A DNA stretch of 64,000 nt from Thermodesulfobacteriota bacterium (lineage in GTDB: Bacteria; Desulfobacterota; BSN033; UBA1163): assembly GCA_049514515.1 (NCBI GenBank), contig JBEKUZ010000008.1, positions 9,303 through 73,302 of the forward strand, read 5' to 3'. Made by a program: the position numbers and the translations under genes. The notes beneath the pieces were generated by a model. It saw nothing but the letters and a program-made list of their open reading frames with translations, searched no databases and was not told the DNA's origin. Each line of letters opens with the position of its first letter. The first letter of the stretch is position 1. This document shows positions 19,269 through 28,874 of this stretch, piece by piece.

Positions 19269-19838
19269 GAGAGCAGGCCGTCGCAGAACAGAAGAAATCT
19301 TTTTCAGCTATGAAAAGTCCCGGTATAAGTATATTTTACAAAACTGTAAATGTTTTGCACAAAAACCGTCAGATTCAATTCCTTCAATATTAGTTCAAGG
19401 CCGGCTTCATACAATTCACCAATAAAATTCAAAAGATGGAACATCTTAGAGGCATTCCGAAATTGGCTACGGGTACATACTACACATAGAGAATTTTTAA
19501 ATTTTAACCCGGCCCTAAATTAATACAAACGCCATAAATAATTTGAAGAGAATCTTGAAACAAGAGCTCAGAGGCACGTTCAAGGAATCGATCTCCCTTT
19601 CTCTTTACGTTTCCTCTCCCCCCGATTACTGCATTAGATTTCCATACATAAGGTCTGAGAATTTTTTCCAACTTTTTGCCTCCTCCCCTCTCCGGGAGAC
19701 TGTGTCGTAATGGCGATGCGGGACTTCGTGCAGGCAGGCCGCTTTGGCGACGGCGCGGGGGAGGAAGAATATTGGGAACGGAATATTGGAAATTGATACG
19801 GCAACATATTAAATTAATCCCATAGGCAGGAAGAAGAT

Positions 19839-21230
19839 ATGGACAAGGAATTCGGAAGAGATTTTTCAAAAGGGAGTATTCGCAGACACCTTTTGAACTT
19901 CTCCATCCCTATGCTCTTAGGAAACTTGATACAAATCGGTTACAGTCTCATCAATATTATATGGGTTGGACATTTAGTCGGAGAAAATGCGGTCGGGGCG
20001 GTAGGGATTAGTTTCCCTATCCTTCTCATCCTCATCGGATTTGCCATGGGCATCACCCTGGCAACGACGATACTCGTTTCACAGTATTATGGGGCAAGAG
20101 ATTATGGGATGGTAAGAAAGGTTGTCAACAATTCATTTTCGTTACCGCTGATCGTCGGGGTCGTTTTGACTCTTGCATGCATCCTTTCGCGCAATTTTCT
20201 TTTGGAACTGATCAAAACACCTTCCGAAAACTTTGCCATGGCATCAAGCTACCTTCGAATCATGTTGCTAAGCTTCATCCTGACGTATATGGGATTTCTC
20301 ATAAGTTCCATCCTCAGGGGAATAGGCGACACAATGACTCCCCTGATATTCATGGCGACGGGGGTAGGACTCAACGCCATCCTTGATCCGTTTTTAATCG
20401 GAGGTTTCGGCCCGTTCCCCCGTCTTGGTCTGAACGGAGCCGCCTATGCGACATTGATATCGCAGACCGCCGCACTCAGTTTAGGTTTTGTCTACCTGAA
20501 CTGGAAAAACCATCTGGTAGCGTTCCATCCCCGAGAAGTTGCCTTTGACAGACACCTGACCCTTCTGCTTTTCAAGATCGGTGTTCCGTCCATCATTCAG
20601 CAATCACTGGTTTCGATCGGCGCTATGTTTGTCACCACTTTCGTTAACTCCTTTGGCAGTACGGCGACCAATGCCTTCGGAGCGGTTGGCAGGGTGGACA
20701 TGATCGCTATTATGCCTGCCTTGTCGATGAGCATGGCGGTTGCGACGCTGACCGGACAAAATCTTGGGGCCGGAAAACCCGAGAGGGTAAAAGAGGTATT
20801 TAAATCGGGTGTTCTCATGACCTCTTCCATCACCATTTTTATATCGCTGATCGTGGTCTTCTTTTCAAAATTCATGCTGATCCTGTTCGGTCTTGGAAAT
20901 GATCCAAAAGTTGTGGAGATCGGAACAACCTATCTGCGGATTGTGGGTTCGAGCTACCTATTTCTCGCTGTGATGTTTATTTCAAACGGTGTGATCAACG
21001 GGGCAGGTCATACCATGATCACCATGACGTTTACATTGCTTTCATTATGGTTAGTCAGGGTGCCGGTTTCATGGTGGCTGTCAAAAACCAGCCTTGGAAT
21101 CACAGGGGTATGGATTGCCATTGCATTAAGCTTTTTTGTGACGATGACCGTTAGTCTTACCTATTACTTCTCGGGAAGGTGGAAAAAATCAGCGATTATC
21201 AAGCGTGCTGCCGTTCCGGCAATAGGGTAA
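19839..21230 (+). CDS. MATE-family efflux transporter
   Basis: 463 aa, 12 TM, N-terminus ...LLNFSIPMLLGNLIQIGYSLINIIWVGHL. Confidence 0.9.
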   Translation: MDKEFGRDFSKGSIRRHLLNFSIPMLLGNLIQIGYSLINIIWVGHLVGENAVGAVGISFPILLILIGFAMGITLATTILVSQYYGARDYGMVRKVVNNSFSLPLIVGVVLTLACILSRNFLLELIKTPSENFAMASSYLRIMLLSFILTYMGFLISSILRGIGDTMTPLIFMATGVGLNAILDPFLIGGFGPFPRLGLNGAAYATLISQTAALSLGFVYLNWKNHLVAFHPREVAFDRHLTLLLFKIGVPSIIQQSLVSIGAMFVTTFVNSFGSTATNAFGAVGRVDMIAIMPALSMSMAVATLTGQNLGAGKPERVKEVFKSGVLMTSSITIFISLIVVFFSKFMLILFGLGNDPKVVEIGTTYLRIVGSSYLFLAVMFISNGVINGAGHTMITMTFTLLSLWLVRVPVSWWLSKTSLGITGVWIAIALSFFVTMTVSLTYYFSGRWKKSAIIKRAAVPAIG

Positions 21231-21235
21231 GTGGC

Positions 21236-21976
21236 TCAAACAATTCCGCCGTCCACGACAATCGTTTGGCCGGTGATATAGTCTGATTGGTCTGAGGCAA
21301 GAAAGAGGACGGCCCGGGCGACCTCTTCCGGCTTCCCAATCCTTCCCAGGCTGGATGATTTAATGATGGCTCCCACCTTCTCTTTGGGCATCTTGGACAC
21401 CACTTCCGATTCGATCAGGCCCGGAGCCACCGCATTCACATGGATGTTGAAAGAGCCTAACTCTCGGGCCAGGGATTTTGTGAAGCTGATCATCCCTCCC
21501 TTGGTTGCCGCATAATTGGCCTGGCCCGGAGTGCCCATGATTCCGCTGATGGAAGAGATATTGATGATCTTTCCCTTCCTCTGAGGAATCATCTTTCGAA
21601 TCACAATTCTGCAACAATAAAAAAGGCTGGTCAGATTCGCTCTAAGGAGAGAGTTCCAATCCTCATCGCTCATCAACATGAGGAAGTTATCCCTGACGAG
21701 GCCCACGTTGTTTACCAAAATATCGATCTTCCCGTATTGGGCGAAGGTCTCTTCCACCATTTCTTTTACCTGATCGGGCTGCGTGACATCCGCTTTAAAC
21801 AGGCCGACGCTGAGCCCTCCGGATTTGGATTCCTTCTTCAGATTTTCCGCGGCCTCCACGTCCTTTGAAAAATTGGCGACCACCTTTGCCCCATTCTCGG
21901 CAAAGAGAAGGGAGATCGCTTTTCCGATTCCCTTCGTTCCCCCGGTGACTATGGCTACTTGATCCTTCAATAGCAT
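21236..21976 (-). CDS. fabG: 3-oxoacyl-ACP reductase (SDR)
   Basis: TGGTKGIG cofactor motif, NNVG, S...YAATKGG catalytic triad region. Confidence 0.85.
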   Translation of the reverse strand: MLLKDQVAIVTGGTKGIGKAISLLFAENGAKVVANFSKDVEAAENLKKESKSGGLSVGLFKADVTQPDQVKEMVEETFAQYGKIDILVNNVGLVRDNFLMLMSDEDWNSLLRANLTSLFYCCRIVIRKMIPQRKGKIINISSISGIMGTPGQANYAATKGGMISFTKSLARELGSFNIHVNAVAPGLIESEVVSKMPKEKVGAIIKSSSLGRIGKPEEVARAVLFLASDQSDYITGQTIVVDGGIV

Positions 21977-22001
21977 CTTCCAACTCCCTTCTCTCGCGGA
22001 G

Positions 22002-22040
22002 CCCCCTCACCCTGTCCCTCTCCCCGCAGGGGAGAGGGGA
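22002..22040. repeat. PU palindromic repeat, copy 2 (right arm truncated)
   Basis: ccccctcaccctgtccctctcccc gca ggggagagggga. Confidence 0.8.
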
Positions 22041-22044
22041 AAAT

Positions 22045-22121
22045 GTAGCGTCGGCATTTATTGCCGACGAAAATCTTTTGAATCGAGAATGCTAACCGCC
22101 CCCAGTAAATGGGGGCGCTAC
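22045..22121. repeat. REP doublet (GTAGCG-hairpin ... hairpin-CGCTAC), inverted orientation, 28-nt spacer
   Basis: gtagcgtcggcatttattgccgac ... cgcccccagtaaatgggggcgctac. This is the reverse complement of the units at 26520, 27094 and 32364. Confidence 0.85.
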
Positions 22122-22245
22122 AACCCCCCTTACATAATCCATGTGCCTAAAGTGTGGAATGAACTAAAGTTGGAAAAGATTTCAAATTCATTGAATTTCA
22201 CTTTAGGCACTTTAAGCACTTGTAACTTTAGTCACTCTTTTTACG

Positions 22246-23646
22246 TCACTTTAGTTCACTCAAGGGTCTTATTCTTGGTTTCTTCATTCTTCCCACCAGC
22301 TCCCATAGGGGGCCGCGAATTCGAAATCTCCGTATTTGCTCCATTAGATTTTTCGTGATGTTGATCTCCAGTCCGGGGACGATCCACCGCTGCCTTGCAA
22401 GGGCTTTTTCCTGAACGATCTCGCTCAGCCTCCCTCCCAATTTTGGCGAAATGTAGAAATGAGGGTAGATGAGGTTAGCGTCCTGAGAGATCACCCCCTG
22501 AGAACGGGAAATTCGCTCCATTTCGGTTCCCGGATAGATTCGGATGCCCAACATCGCAATGACCGCAGTGGGATCGACTTGATCCATCAAATGGAAAGAC
22601 TCCTCGATCGTCTCTTCATCTTCCCCTGGCCCTCCGAACAGGAGATAGTGGCACTGATTCACCATCAATTTGGAACAGAGGTTTGAGGCTTGGATGATGT
22701 CCTCTCGAGTGAAAGACTTTCTGTAACTCTCAAGCATCCGCGGAGATCCTGAATCCGTCCCAAACTCGATTCCATCACACCCAGCCTCTTTCATACTTTG
22801 CAAAAGTGTCTCATTCAGAAAGCTCGGGTTGACAAAAGCACTCCATTTGACATCGACCTTTCTTCCAACTATCTCACGACATAAAGCTTCTGCATAAAAG
22901 GGTGGATAGTTAAAGATATCGTCAACAAAATAGAGGTAGTCCACGCCCTCTCCCACGAGGTGTTGAATTTCCCCTACCACATCCTCCGTCTTCCTCAGCC
23001 TGACCCTTTTCCCTTCTAACAAAGGGTAAGTGCAGTAGATACAGGAGAAGGGGCAGCCTCGCTTCGTCTGAATATTTCCCATCCCTCCCTCTTCCAAATA
23101 ACGATGGGTTTCGAAAAGACTCCGATCAGGGCTTTGGATGGGAGAGACTCGAGCTCCTTCTGTCAAAGGAGGGAAAGGCTTCTCTTTAATAAGAAGATGG
23201 GGGGATGGAGAAATGGGAACACCCTTCTCGAGATGCTTCACCAATTCCACGAACACTTTTTCCCCCTCTCCTACAACCCCAACATCGACGTCGAAATGCT
23301 GAAGAAGCTCTTTGGGTGCCAAAGAATATCCTGAGCCTCCGATGACTAAATGTGAGGAGGTGAATTGACGACATATTCCAATGACCTCCTCTACCTCTTT
23401 GAGATAAGAGATGGAGGTTGGGTAAGTGAGATTATCGAGATTTCTAAGGGAGATGCCGATCATGTCGGGTTGAAAGCGCTGAAGGGTGTTCTTGAGATCA
23501 ACCGGTACCTCTTGAGAAAAGCAGAGGTCGATGACTTCAATCGGATGGCCCTCTTCTCTTAATGCCTCGGCGATGTAAGCCAATCCCAGAGGGAAGACAG
23601 GAAAAGGCATCTTCTCACGATTGACGGAGATGAGGAGAATTTTCAT
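22246..23646 (-). CDS. B12-binding-domain radical SAM protein (class B), paralog 4
   Basis: N-terminal Rossmann-like B12 domain (MKILLISVN...GLAYIA). CX3CX2C in TKRGCPFSCIYCTY. Confidence 0.85.
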   Translation of the reverse strand: MKILLISVNREKMPFPVFPLGLAYIAEALREEGHPIEVIDLCFSQEVPVDLKNTLQRFQPDMIGISLRNLDNLTYPTSISYLKEVEEVIGICRQFTSSHLVIGGSGYSLAPKELLQHFDVDVGVVGEGEKVFVELVKHLEKGVPISPSPHLLIKEKPFPPLTEGARVSPIQSPDRSLFETHRYLEEGGMGNIQTKRGCPFSCIYCTYPLLEGKRVRLRKTEDVVGEIQHLVGEGVDYLYFVDDIFNYPPFYAEALCREIVGRKVDVKWSAFVNPSFLNETLLQSMKEAGCDGIEFGTDSGSPRMLESYRKSFTREDIIQASNLCSKLMVNQCHYLLFGGPGEDEETIEESFHLMDQVDPTAVIAMLGIRIYPGTEMERISRSQGVISQDANLIYPHFYISPKLGGRLSEIVQEKALARQRWIVPGLEINITKNLMEQIRRFRIRGPLWELVGRMKKPRIRPLSELK

Positions 23647-24991
23647 AAGGAAGTTCTTTATCTTTGATCCTTCGAATCACCTCCATCTGGGCGCCCCGTA
23701 GGACAAAGTTTGACATCAGGAAGTAAAAAAAGTGATGCTTGGGGCCCCAGAGCAGGCGCTTCAATATGGATCGAGGGGCACAGATATATTTCTGTGCCCA
23801 GAGGTATCCGTCTTGGAGTTCCTGGACAGTCATTTTTCTCGGCTCGAAGACCACATGGCTCATGTCATAATGGGACCAATTGCGGTCGAAGATCCTCCCC
23901 TCCTCCTCCAATCGCTTCTCAAGAGGCGTCCCCGGAAAGGGAGTGAGAATGGAGAAAGTGGGGAGTTCAATATTATTTTTCTGGACGAATTCAACCGTTC
24001 TTCTAAAAATGGTGGGATCGTCTCCATCGAATCCGAAGATGAAAGAACCGTGTATCCCGATTTGGTGGTGTTGGATCGTATTGACCCAATTTGATAATTC
24101 TCCAGCATTGACAAATCGTTTCGAGACGCTGTCCAGATTCTCCTGGAGAAGGGATTCGAAGCCGATGAAGAGGGAGACACAGCCGCTCTCCTGAGCCTTT
24201 TTGAGAAGCTCCTCATTCATGGCAATCTTGATGGTGGTAAACGCCATCCATTTGACCCTGTGGCGTTTAAAGATCTCAAAGAGGCCACGGGCATAGTTTT
24301 CATTAGCGGTCACGTTGTCATCGGCTAAAAAGAGGTATTCCCCTTTTTTCTCGATGATGAGGGACAGTTCCCGATCTATTTCTTCAAGCGGGCGGAGCCG
24401 ATAACGCTTCCCATTGATGATCGGAATAGAGCAGAATTCACACCGGTTCGGACAACCTCGCGTGGTCTCGATGACCTTGAAGAAGGGTCGATACCCTTCC
24501 GCCAGAAGGTCCCTCCTCGGAAGAGGCATTCCTTTTAGATCCGACCACTCCCGATTCTTATAAAACGGCTTGAGTTCCCCTGCCTCGAAGTCTCGCAGGA
24601 CTTTTTCGAGTACCCCTTCCGCCTCTCCGATGAAGACCGAGTCAGCATGCTCTTTTGCCTCCTCGGGCAAAAGGCTGGGGTGGACTCCTCCCAAAATCAC
24701 CTTGACTCCCCTCTGACGAAACCCATCCGCAATTGCATAGGCTCTATTTATCACACAGGTCAGACCGGTGATCCCTACTAAATCGACTTCCGAATTGAAA
24801 TCGACTTCTTCGACCACCTCGTTGATGATCTTGACCTCATAGGTTTTGGGAAAGAGAGAGGCGAGAAGGGTAAGGCCTAATATGGGGAAAGGGTACAACG
24901 TGTCATTGGAAAATTTAATTCCTTTCTCCCTGGGAAAGATGAGAAGAACCTTCTTCAAATGCGGATTGCGGAATGCGGATTGCGGAGTCAT
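23615..24991 (-). CDS. B12-binding-domain radical SAM protein, paralog 3
   Basis: TTRGCPNRCEFCSI. The first about 11 codons (TPQSAFRNPH) are repeat-encoded. A TTG at 24958 (LKKVLLIFP) is a plausible true start. Confidence 0.85.
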   Translation of the reverse strand: MTPQSAFRNPHLKKVLLIFPREKGIKFSNDTLYPFPILGLTLLASLFPKTYEVKIINEVVEEVDFNSEVDLVGITGLTCVINRAYAIADGFRQRGVKVILGGVHPSLLPEEAKEHADSVFIGEAEGVLEKVLRDFEAGELKPFYKNREWSDLKGMPLPRRDLLAEGYRPFFKVIETTRGCPNRCEFCSIPIINGKRYRLRPLEEIDRELSLIIEKKGEYLFLADDNVTANENYARGLFEIFKRHRVKWMAFTTIKIAMNEELLKKAQESGCVSLFIGFESLLQENLDSVSKRFVNAGELSNWVNTIQHHQIGIHGSFIFGFDGDDPTIFRRTVEFVQKNNIELPTFSILTPFPGTPLEKRLEEEGRIFDRNWSHYDMSHVVFEPRKMTVQELQDGYLWAQKYICAPRSILKRLLWGPKHHFFYFLMSNFVLRGAQMEVIRRIKDKELPYENSPHLRQS

Positions 24992-25089
24992 TTTTCTTCT
25001 GTTCTATATATTCCTGCTGCCCACTGCCTTCTGCTTGCTGCCTCCTATTTCCTGGTTTCTAATCCGAACTCTGGACTCATCACTCCGAG

Positions 25090-26511
25090 CTAGGATTCAA
25101 AGTTCGGCTGTTTCCACGGCCTTTTCGTCGCATTCTCCCAAACGTATCGGAGGATGAGCCGATAGGCCATTCGTTTGAAAGGATTCGGGTTGAAGAAGGC
25201 TCCCAGAAGGATCCTCGGTTGGGTGTAATATTTTTTCAGGTAGACTTGTTGAAGGTGATGGAGCTCCTCAGGAGACAAAAATTTTGTATCCATCACGGGA
25301 TGCATGAAATCATAATTACCCAGATCCCTCTCTCGAATCCTTCCCAACCGCTCCGCCTCTTCAAAATATTTTGTCCCTGGAAGGGGGGTAGTCAGGGTAA
25401 GTACCAGGAAGTCGCTCTGAGACTTGACGAATTGGAAGACCTCCTTGATCGACTCTCGGGAGTCATTCCAGTCTCCGAACATGATGTTGGCCATGACCAT
25501 GATCTCATTTTTTCTGAGAATATCGATGGCCTTCTGGGCCATCTCTCTGGATTGATGTTTCTCATATCGGTCGAGCACATCGGGCTGGATGCTTTCGATT
25601 CCCAGCATCACCTCATACAGTCCGAGCCGTTTCATCTCGGGGATGAGATCCTCATCTCGAATAATGTCCTTGGTCCGGGATTGAAACCAAAAATGGATGC
25701 GCAGGCCCGACTTCCCCAACTCGTCAAGGAACTCTTCCACCCGCCTCCGACTCCAGTTGAAGGTATTCTCGTTGAAGACGAAAAGCGTCTTGCCGTATTG
25801 ACGGTGCAGATGCGAAATCTCCTCTACGATTTTCTTCCCGCTCCGTCCCCTCCAGACCGCTTCCCAGAACCTGGACTCCGAGCAATAAGCGCATCGATCT
25901 CCGCAGCCGCGGCTCGTAGAAATCCCGAAGGCCCTTCTCCCCATCCCGTGCCAGTAGTAAGCGTCTTTCTCCATATCGATGAGGTGGTAGGCCGGGAGAG
26001 GAAGAGAGTCCAAATTTGGAATGGGAGGGTGTCTTTCGTTCAGAACCACCCTCCCATTCTCGCGATAGGCGATACTCTTCATCGCTCTTCCCTTCCCACC
26101 TCCGGACAGATCCTTGAGAAGCTGGGAAAAGGCGATTTCCCCTTCACCTAAGACGACGCAGTCCAGTTCCTTTAACTCCTGAAGGATTGTTTCGGCCATC
26201 AGCGTGAAATGGCTTCCTCCTGCTACGATGGTGGCGTGGGGGGAGAGTTTTCGACAGAGATGAACGGTCTGAATGGCCTCTGGCGAGAGACAGGTAGCGG
26301 AACAAGTGACGCCGATGACATCGGCTTTGGATGTGGAAACGGCAGTCTCAATATCTCTCCAGGGAGCCGGAAGGGTCGTGGCGTCAACGATTTGAACTTG
26401 ATTCCCTTCTCTTTCGAGGTAGGCACCTAATTGGAGAAGACCAAAAGAAGGGGTCCACATCCGAAGGCCCGGAAAGAGTTTATGCGGCGGATCGATCAGA
26501 AGAACTTTCAT
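25090..26511 (-). CDS. B12-binding-domain radical SAM protein, paralog 2
   Basis: TSRGCGDRCAYCSE. Start set at the internal ATG at 26511 (MKVLLIDPP), because the track start at 26532 (MGALQEN) lies in the REP unit. Confidence 0.85.
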   Translation of the reverse strand: MKVLLIDPPHKLFPGLRMWTPSFGLLQLGAYLEREGNQVQIVDATTLPAPWRDIETAVSTSKADVIGVTCSATCLSPEAIQTVHLCRKLSPHATIVAGGSHFTLMAETILQELKELDCVVLGEGEIAFSQLLKDLSGGGKGRAMKSIAYRENGRVVLNERHPPIPNLDSLPLPAYHLIDMEKDAYYWHGMGRRAFGISTSRGCGDRCAYCSESRFWEAVWRGRSGKKIVEEISHLHRQYGKTLFVFNENTFNWSRRRVEEFLDELGKSGLRIHFWFQSRTKDIIRDEDLIPEMKRLGLYEVMLGIESIQPDVLDRYEKHQSREMAQKAIDILRKNEIMVMANIMFGDWNDSRESIKEVFQFVKSQSDFLVLTLTTPLPGTKYFEEAERLGRIRERDLGNYDFMHPVMDTKFLSPEELHHLQQVYLKKYYTQPRILLGAFFNPNPFKRMAYRLILRYVWENATKRPWKQPNFES

Positions 26512-26519
26512 ATTTTCTT

Positions 26520-26577
26520 GTAGCGCCCCCATTTACTGGGGGCGATTGTTCTCGTCGGCAATGAGTGCTGACGCTAC
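26520..26577. repeat. REP doublet abutting the RAYT stop codon
   Basis: gtagcgcccccatttactgggggcg - 9 nt - gtcggcaatgagtgctgacgctac. Confidence 0.85.
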
Positions 26578-26578
26578 A

Positions 26579-27085
26579 TCACATGTATTTCTTTATCTCA
26601 GCATCGAACGATTCACTATATGGATAGTCATCAGCATTCTCTACAATGCCCTTTCTAACCGGGTTATTTCGAATATACTCGATGACCCTTTTCAAATTCT
26701 CCTCTGTCCTAATGACATGGTCAAAGGCAGATCTTTGCCATATCTTTCTTAAATTATCCTTGTCCTTGAAAACCTTGGCTGTTCTCCCTTTGAAAATATT
26801 AAGAAATTTAGGGAGTGCAACGGTCGATTCGCCGGGACATACGATTACATGTAGATGGTCAGGCATTAGACAATAGCAAAGAATTCTAAATCTAAGGTCT
26901 TTTGCAGTCTTTAGCAGTTCATTGACTACAATTGTTGCATTAACCTCTGAACCAACAATATTTTCCTTATCTTCTGTACAGATAGTCACATGGATCGGCC
27001 GGTCTTTTGAATAATCATAATTCGACAACCTGTTAGAACGACTTTCCCCCCATGTCTTGTATTGATCCTTAGCTTTTGTCTCCAT
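26579..27085 (-). mobile_element. REP-associated tyrosine transposase (RAYT, IS200/IS605 Y1-like)
   Basis: CYCLMPDHLHVIV (HUH region) and a ...NPVRKGIV tail. Flanked on both sides by directly oriented REP doublets. Start set at the ATG at 27085, because the track start at 27106 (MRALQQK) lies in the REP. Confidence 0.8.
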
Positions 27086-27093
27086 CTTTTGTT

Positions 27094-27151
27094 GTAGCGC
27101 CCTCATTTATTGAGGGCGAACGTTTTCGTCGGCAGTAAATGCCGACGCTAC
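27094..27151. repeat. REP doublet upstream of RAYT
   Basis: gtagcgccctcatttattgagggcg - 9 nt - gtcggcagtaaatgccgacgctac. Confidence 0.85.
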
Positions 27152-27155
27152 ACAT

Positions 27156-27578
27156 TTACACCTCCAAATATTTCTGCATAGCCTCGATTCGTTCGAGCAC
27201 CTCTCGAGGAACCCGGTAGAGAAGATTCCCTTTAAGGTCGGTGAGGACATGCGTGGTGAAGCCCGTTGCAAGAACCTTTCTGCTTTCTTGATCAAGGACC
27301 CGATAATGAAAGATCAGCTTAGCTACCTCTGTCCTCTCCATCGTTGTCTGGATGATGAGAGGGGCGCCAAAGGTAGCTGGGAGCTTAAACTCGCAGTTTA
27401 GTTCGACGACCGGTGCCAGATAATTTGTGTCCTTAAGCTGAAGCGGCCCCATCTGGAATCGCTGGGTTAGGTCATTTCGACCCGCCTCAAACCACCCCAC
27501 ATAGTGGCCATGCCAGACCACTCCATAAGAATCCACTTCATAGAAACGAACTTGGAGGGGCGTCTCGTGGTATTTCAT
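27156..27578 (-). CDS. Hotdog-fold (4HBT/YbgC-like) acyl thioesterase
   Basis: MKYHETPLQVRFYEVDSYGVVWHGHY. Start at the internal ATG at 27578. The track N-terminal extension is PU-repeat translation. Confidence 0.75.
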   Translation of the reverse strand: MKYHETPLQVRFYEVDSYGVVWHGHYVGWFEAGRNDLTQRFQMGPLQLKDTNYLAPVVELNCEFKLPATFGAPLIIQTTMERTEVAKLIFHYRVLDQESRKVLATGFTTHVLTDLKGNLLYRVPREVLERIEAMQKYLEV

Positions 27579-27579
27579 T

Positions 27580-28542
27580 CTAATCCTTTTTCCCCCTCTC
27601 CCTCCCCTCGCCCCCCTGGGGAGAGGGATAGGGTGAGGGGCACCCGGCCGAAAAAGCCCCTGCCTCCCGATCAATCCATCGCATCAATTTCGTAAGAGCT
27701 GCCTCATGTCCTACTTCGACGAATTGCGTAAACCCTTCCCCCAGCAAGTTCTCGACACATCGGACCCAATAGACAGGCCGTGCGATCTCTTGGGAGAGAA
27801 AATCTTTGATCTCCTCTCTCCTCAAAGGCTTGATCGTCCAATGATTGAGGACGGGAACGTTGGGAGCTTGAATCTTGATATCTTGAAGGATGGTCATAAT
27901 CTCTTGCCTGAGAGAATAAAGCGAAGAGGAATGAAGAGCCGTGTTGAAGGCAAGACGGGTGGCTGAAACCGCCTTCCTGGAAAGGGCAAGGGAAATCGCG
28001 CTGTCCACTCCCGCCTCCTCCCCCGAGAGGACGAAATGCATCGAGCCATTATAATTAGCGATGGAGAGTTGAAACCCGTTGAGGTCTTGACAGATCTTTT
28101 GGACTTCCTCCAAGGGGAGGCCGATGATGCTGGCCATGCCTCCCCGGTGAGTCACCCCTTCTTTCTTGAGGAGCCGGCCGATGGCCTCCGTGATAAAGAG
28201 CCCTTCTTCGAAGCGGATGGCTTCCGACGCGGCCAGGGCTGCGTAGATTCCCATGCTGTGTTCGGCAAGGATATCCGGATTCCATCCCGCAGCTCGAAGA
28301 CGGTAGTAGTGGACCATCGAGAGGAGGTAAGTCGCGACCTGAAGCTTGAGGCTGAAATCTTCCTCTTCGTCCTTATCCCCGAATGAGAAGTTGAGGAGAT
28401 CGAATTTCGTCTGGCTGGAAGCCCTTCTTAATAGTTCTCTAAAATGGGGATCTCCTCTCAGGGGATGATGATCTTCAAGGATCGGCTTCTCATGAAGTTG
28501 GCCGGGAAAACAGAAAGCCGTTTTCCCTGTTGATCCCATCAT
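27580..28542 (-). CDS. FabD-like acyl-carrier-protein acyltransferase, divergent
   Basis: FPGQ..., nucleophile elbow EHSMG (canonical GHSLG), ALHSS (canonical AFHS). The last about 20 aa (PSPYPSPQGGEGRERGKKD) are encoded by the PU repeat. Confidence 0.7.
   Translation of the reverse strand: MMGSTGKTAFCFPGQLHEKPILEDHHPLRGDPHFRELLRRASSQTKFDLLNFSFGDKDEEEDFSLKLQVATYLLSMVHYYRLRAAGWNPDILAEHSMGIYAALAASEAIRFEEGLFITEAIGRLLKKEGVTHRGGMASIIGLPLEEVQKICQDLNGFQLSIANYNGSMHFVLSGEEAGVDSAISLALSRKAVSATRLAFNTALHSSSLYSLRQEIMTILQDIKIQAPNVPVLNHWTIKPLRREEIKDFLSQEIARPVYWVRCVENLLGEGFTQFVEVGHEAALTKLMRWIDREAGAFSAGCPSPYPSPQGGEGRERGKKD
27592..27641. repeat. PU palindromic repeat, copy 3 (inside the 3' end of the acyltransferase ORF)
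   Basis: ccccctctccctcccctcgcccccctggggagagggatagggtgaggggc. Confidence 0.85.
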
Positions 28543-28811
28543 GCGGTCCCCTGATGTTCCAAAACATATTGGGCCATGGTTCTCACGGACTGAAAGACTT
28601 TTTTCCCTACCTCCGCATCGGGAATGACGACCCCAAACTCCTTCTCCAGGCCCAGGACGAGCTCAAGGGCGTCAATCGAGTCCAGCCCGAGGCCCTCACC
28701 GAAGAGAGGAGCATCGGTCTCGATCATCTCCGGGGTCATATCCTCAAGTTTTAGTCTCTGGATGATGAGCTGTTTAAGGGTTTCGATCAGGTGATCATTA
28801 GGTTCAACCAT
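28539..28811 (-). CDS. Acyl carrier protein
   Basis: 90 aa, LGLDSIDALELV phosphopantetheine site, 4-nt overlap with the acyltransferase start. Confidence 0.85.
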   Translation of the reverse strand: MVEPNDHLIETLKQLIIQRLKLEDMTPEMIETDAPLFGEGLGLDSIDALELVLGLEKEFGVVIPDAEVGKKVFQSVRTMAQYVLEHQGTA

Positions 28812-28829
28812 TCTTCTCCTCTTCTGTGT

Positions 28830-28873
28830 CCTCCCCTCCCCTCTCCCCGCTGGGGAGAGGGGAGGGTGAGGGG
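28830..28873. repeat. PU palindromic repeat, copy 4 (between acyltransferase and ACP genes)
   Basis: cctcccctcccctctccccgctggggagaggggagggtgagggg. Confidence 0.85.
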
Positions 28874-28874
28874 A

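Noticed and set aside
14041-19838. Integrated prophage or integrative element with an integrase and a tRNA attachment site
   Set aside because: No integrase, recombinase, tRNA or direct-repeat att pair could be found at either border.
19504-19869. 121-aa minus-strand ORF
   Set aside because: It is translated from repeat and low-complexity DNA (PPPRRRQSGLPARSPASP...) and overlaps the MATE start region.
27156-27674. Long N-terminal extensions in the six-frame track ORFs (27674, 31266, 33693, 26532, 27106, 32376, 38150, 44752, 47567, 40096, 10315)
   Set aside because: The extensions are translations of repeats or of upstream gene ends. Internal ATGs, several with an SD sequence or start/stop coupling (27578, 31158, 33471, 26511, 27085, 32352, 38096, 44704, 47489, 40069, 10261), fit family N-termini.
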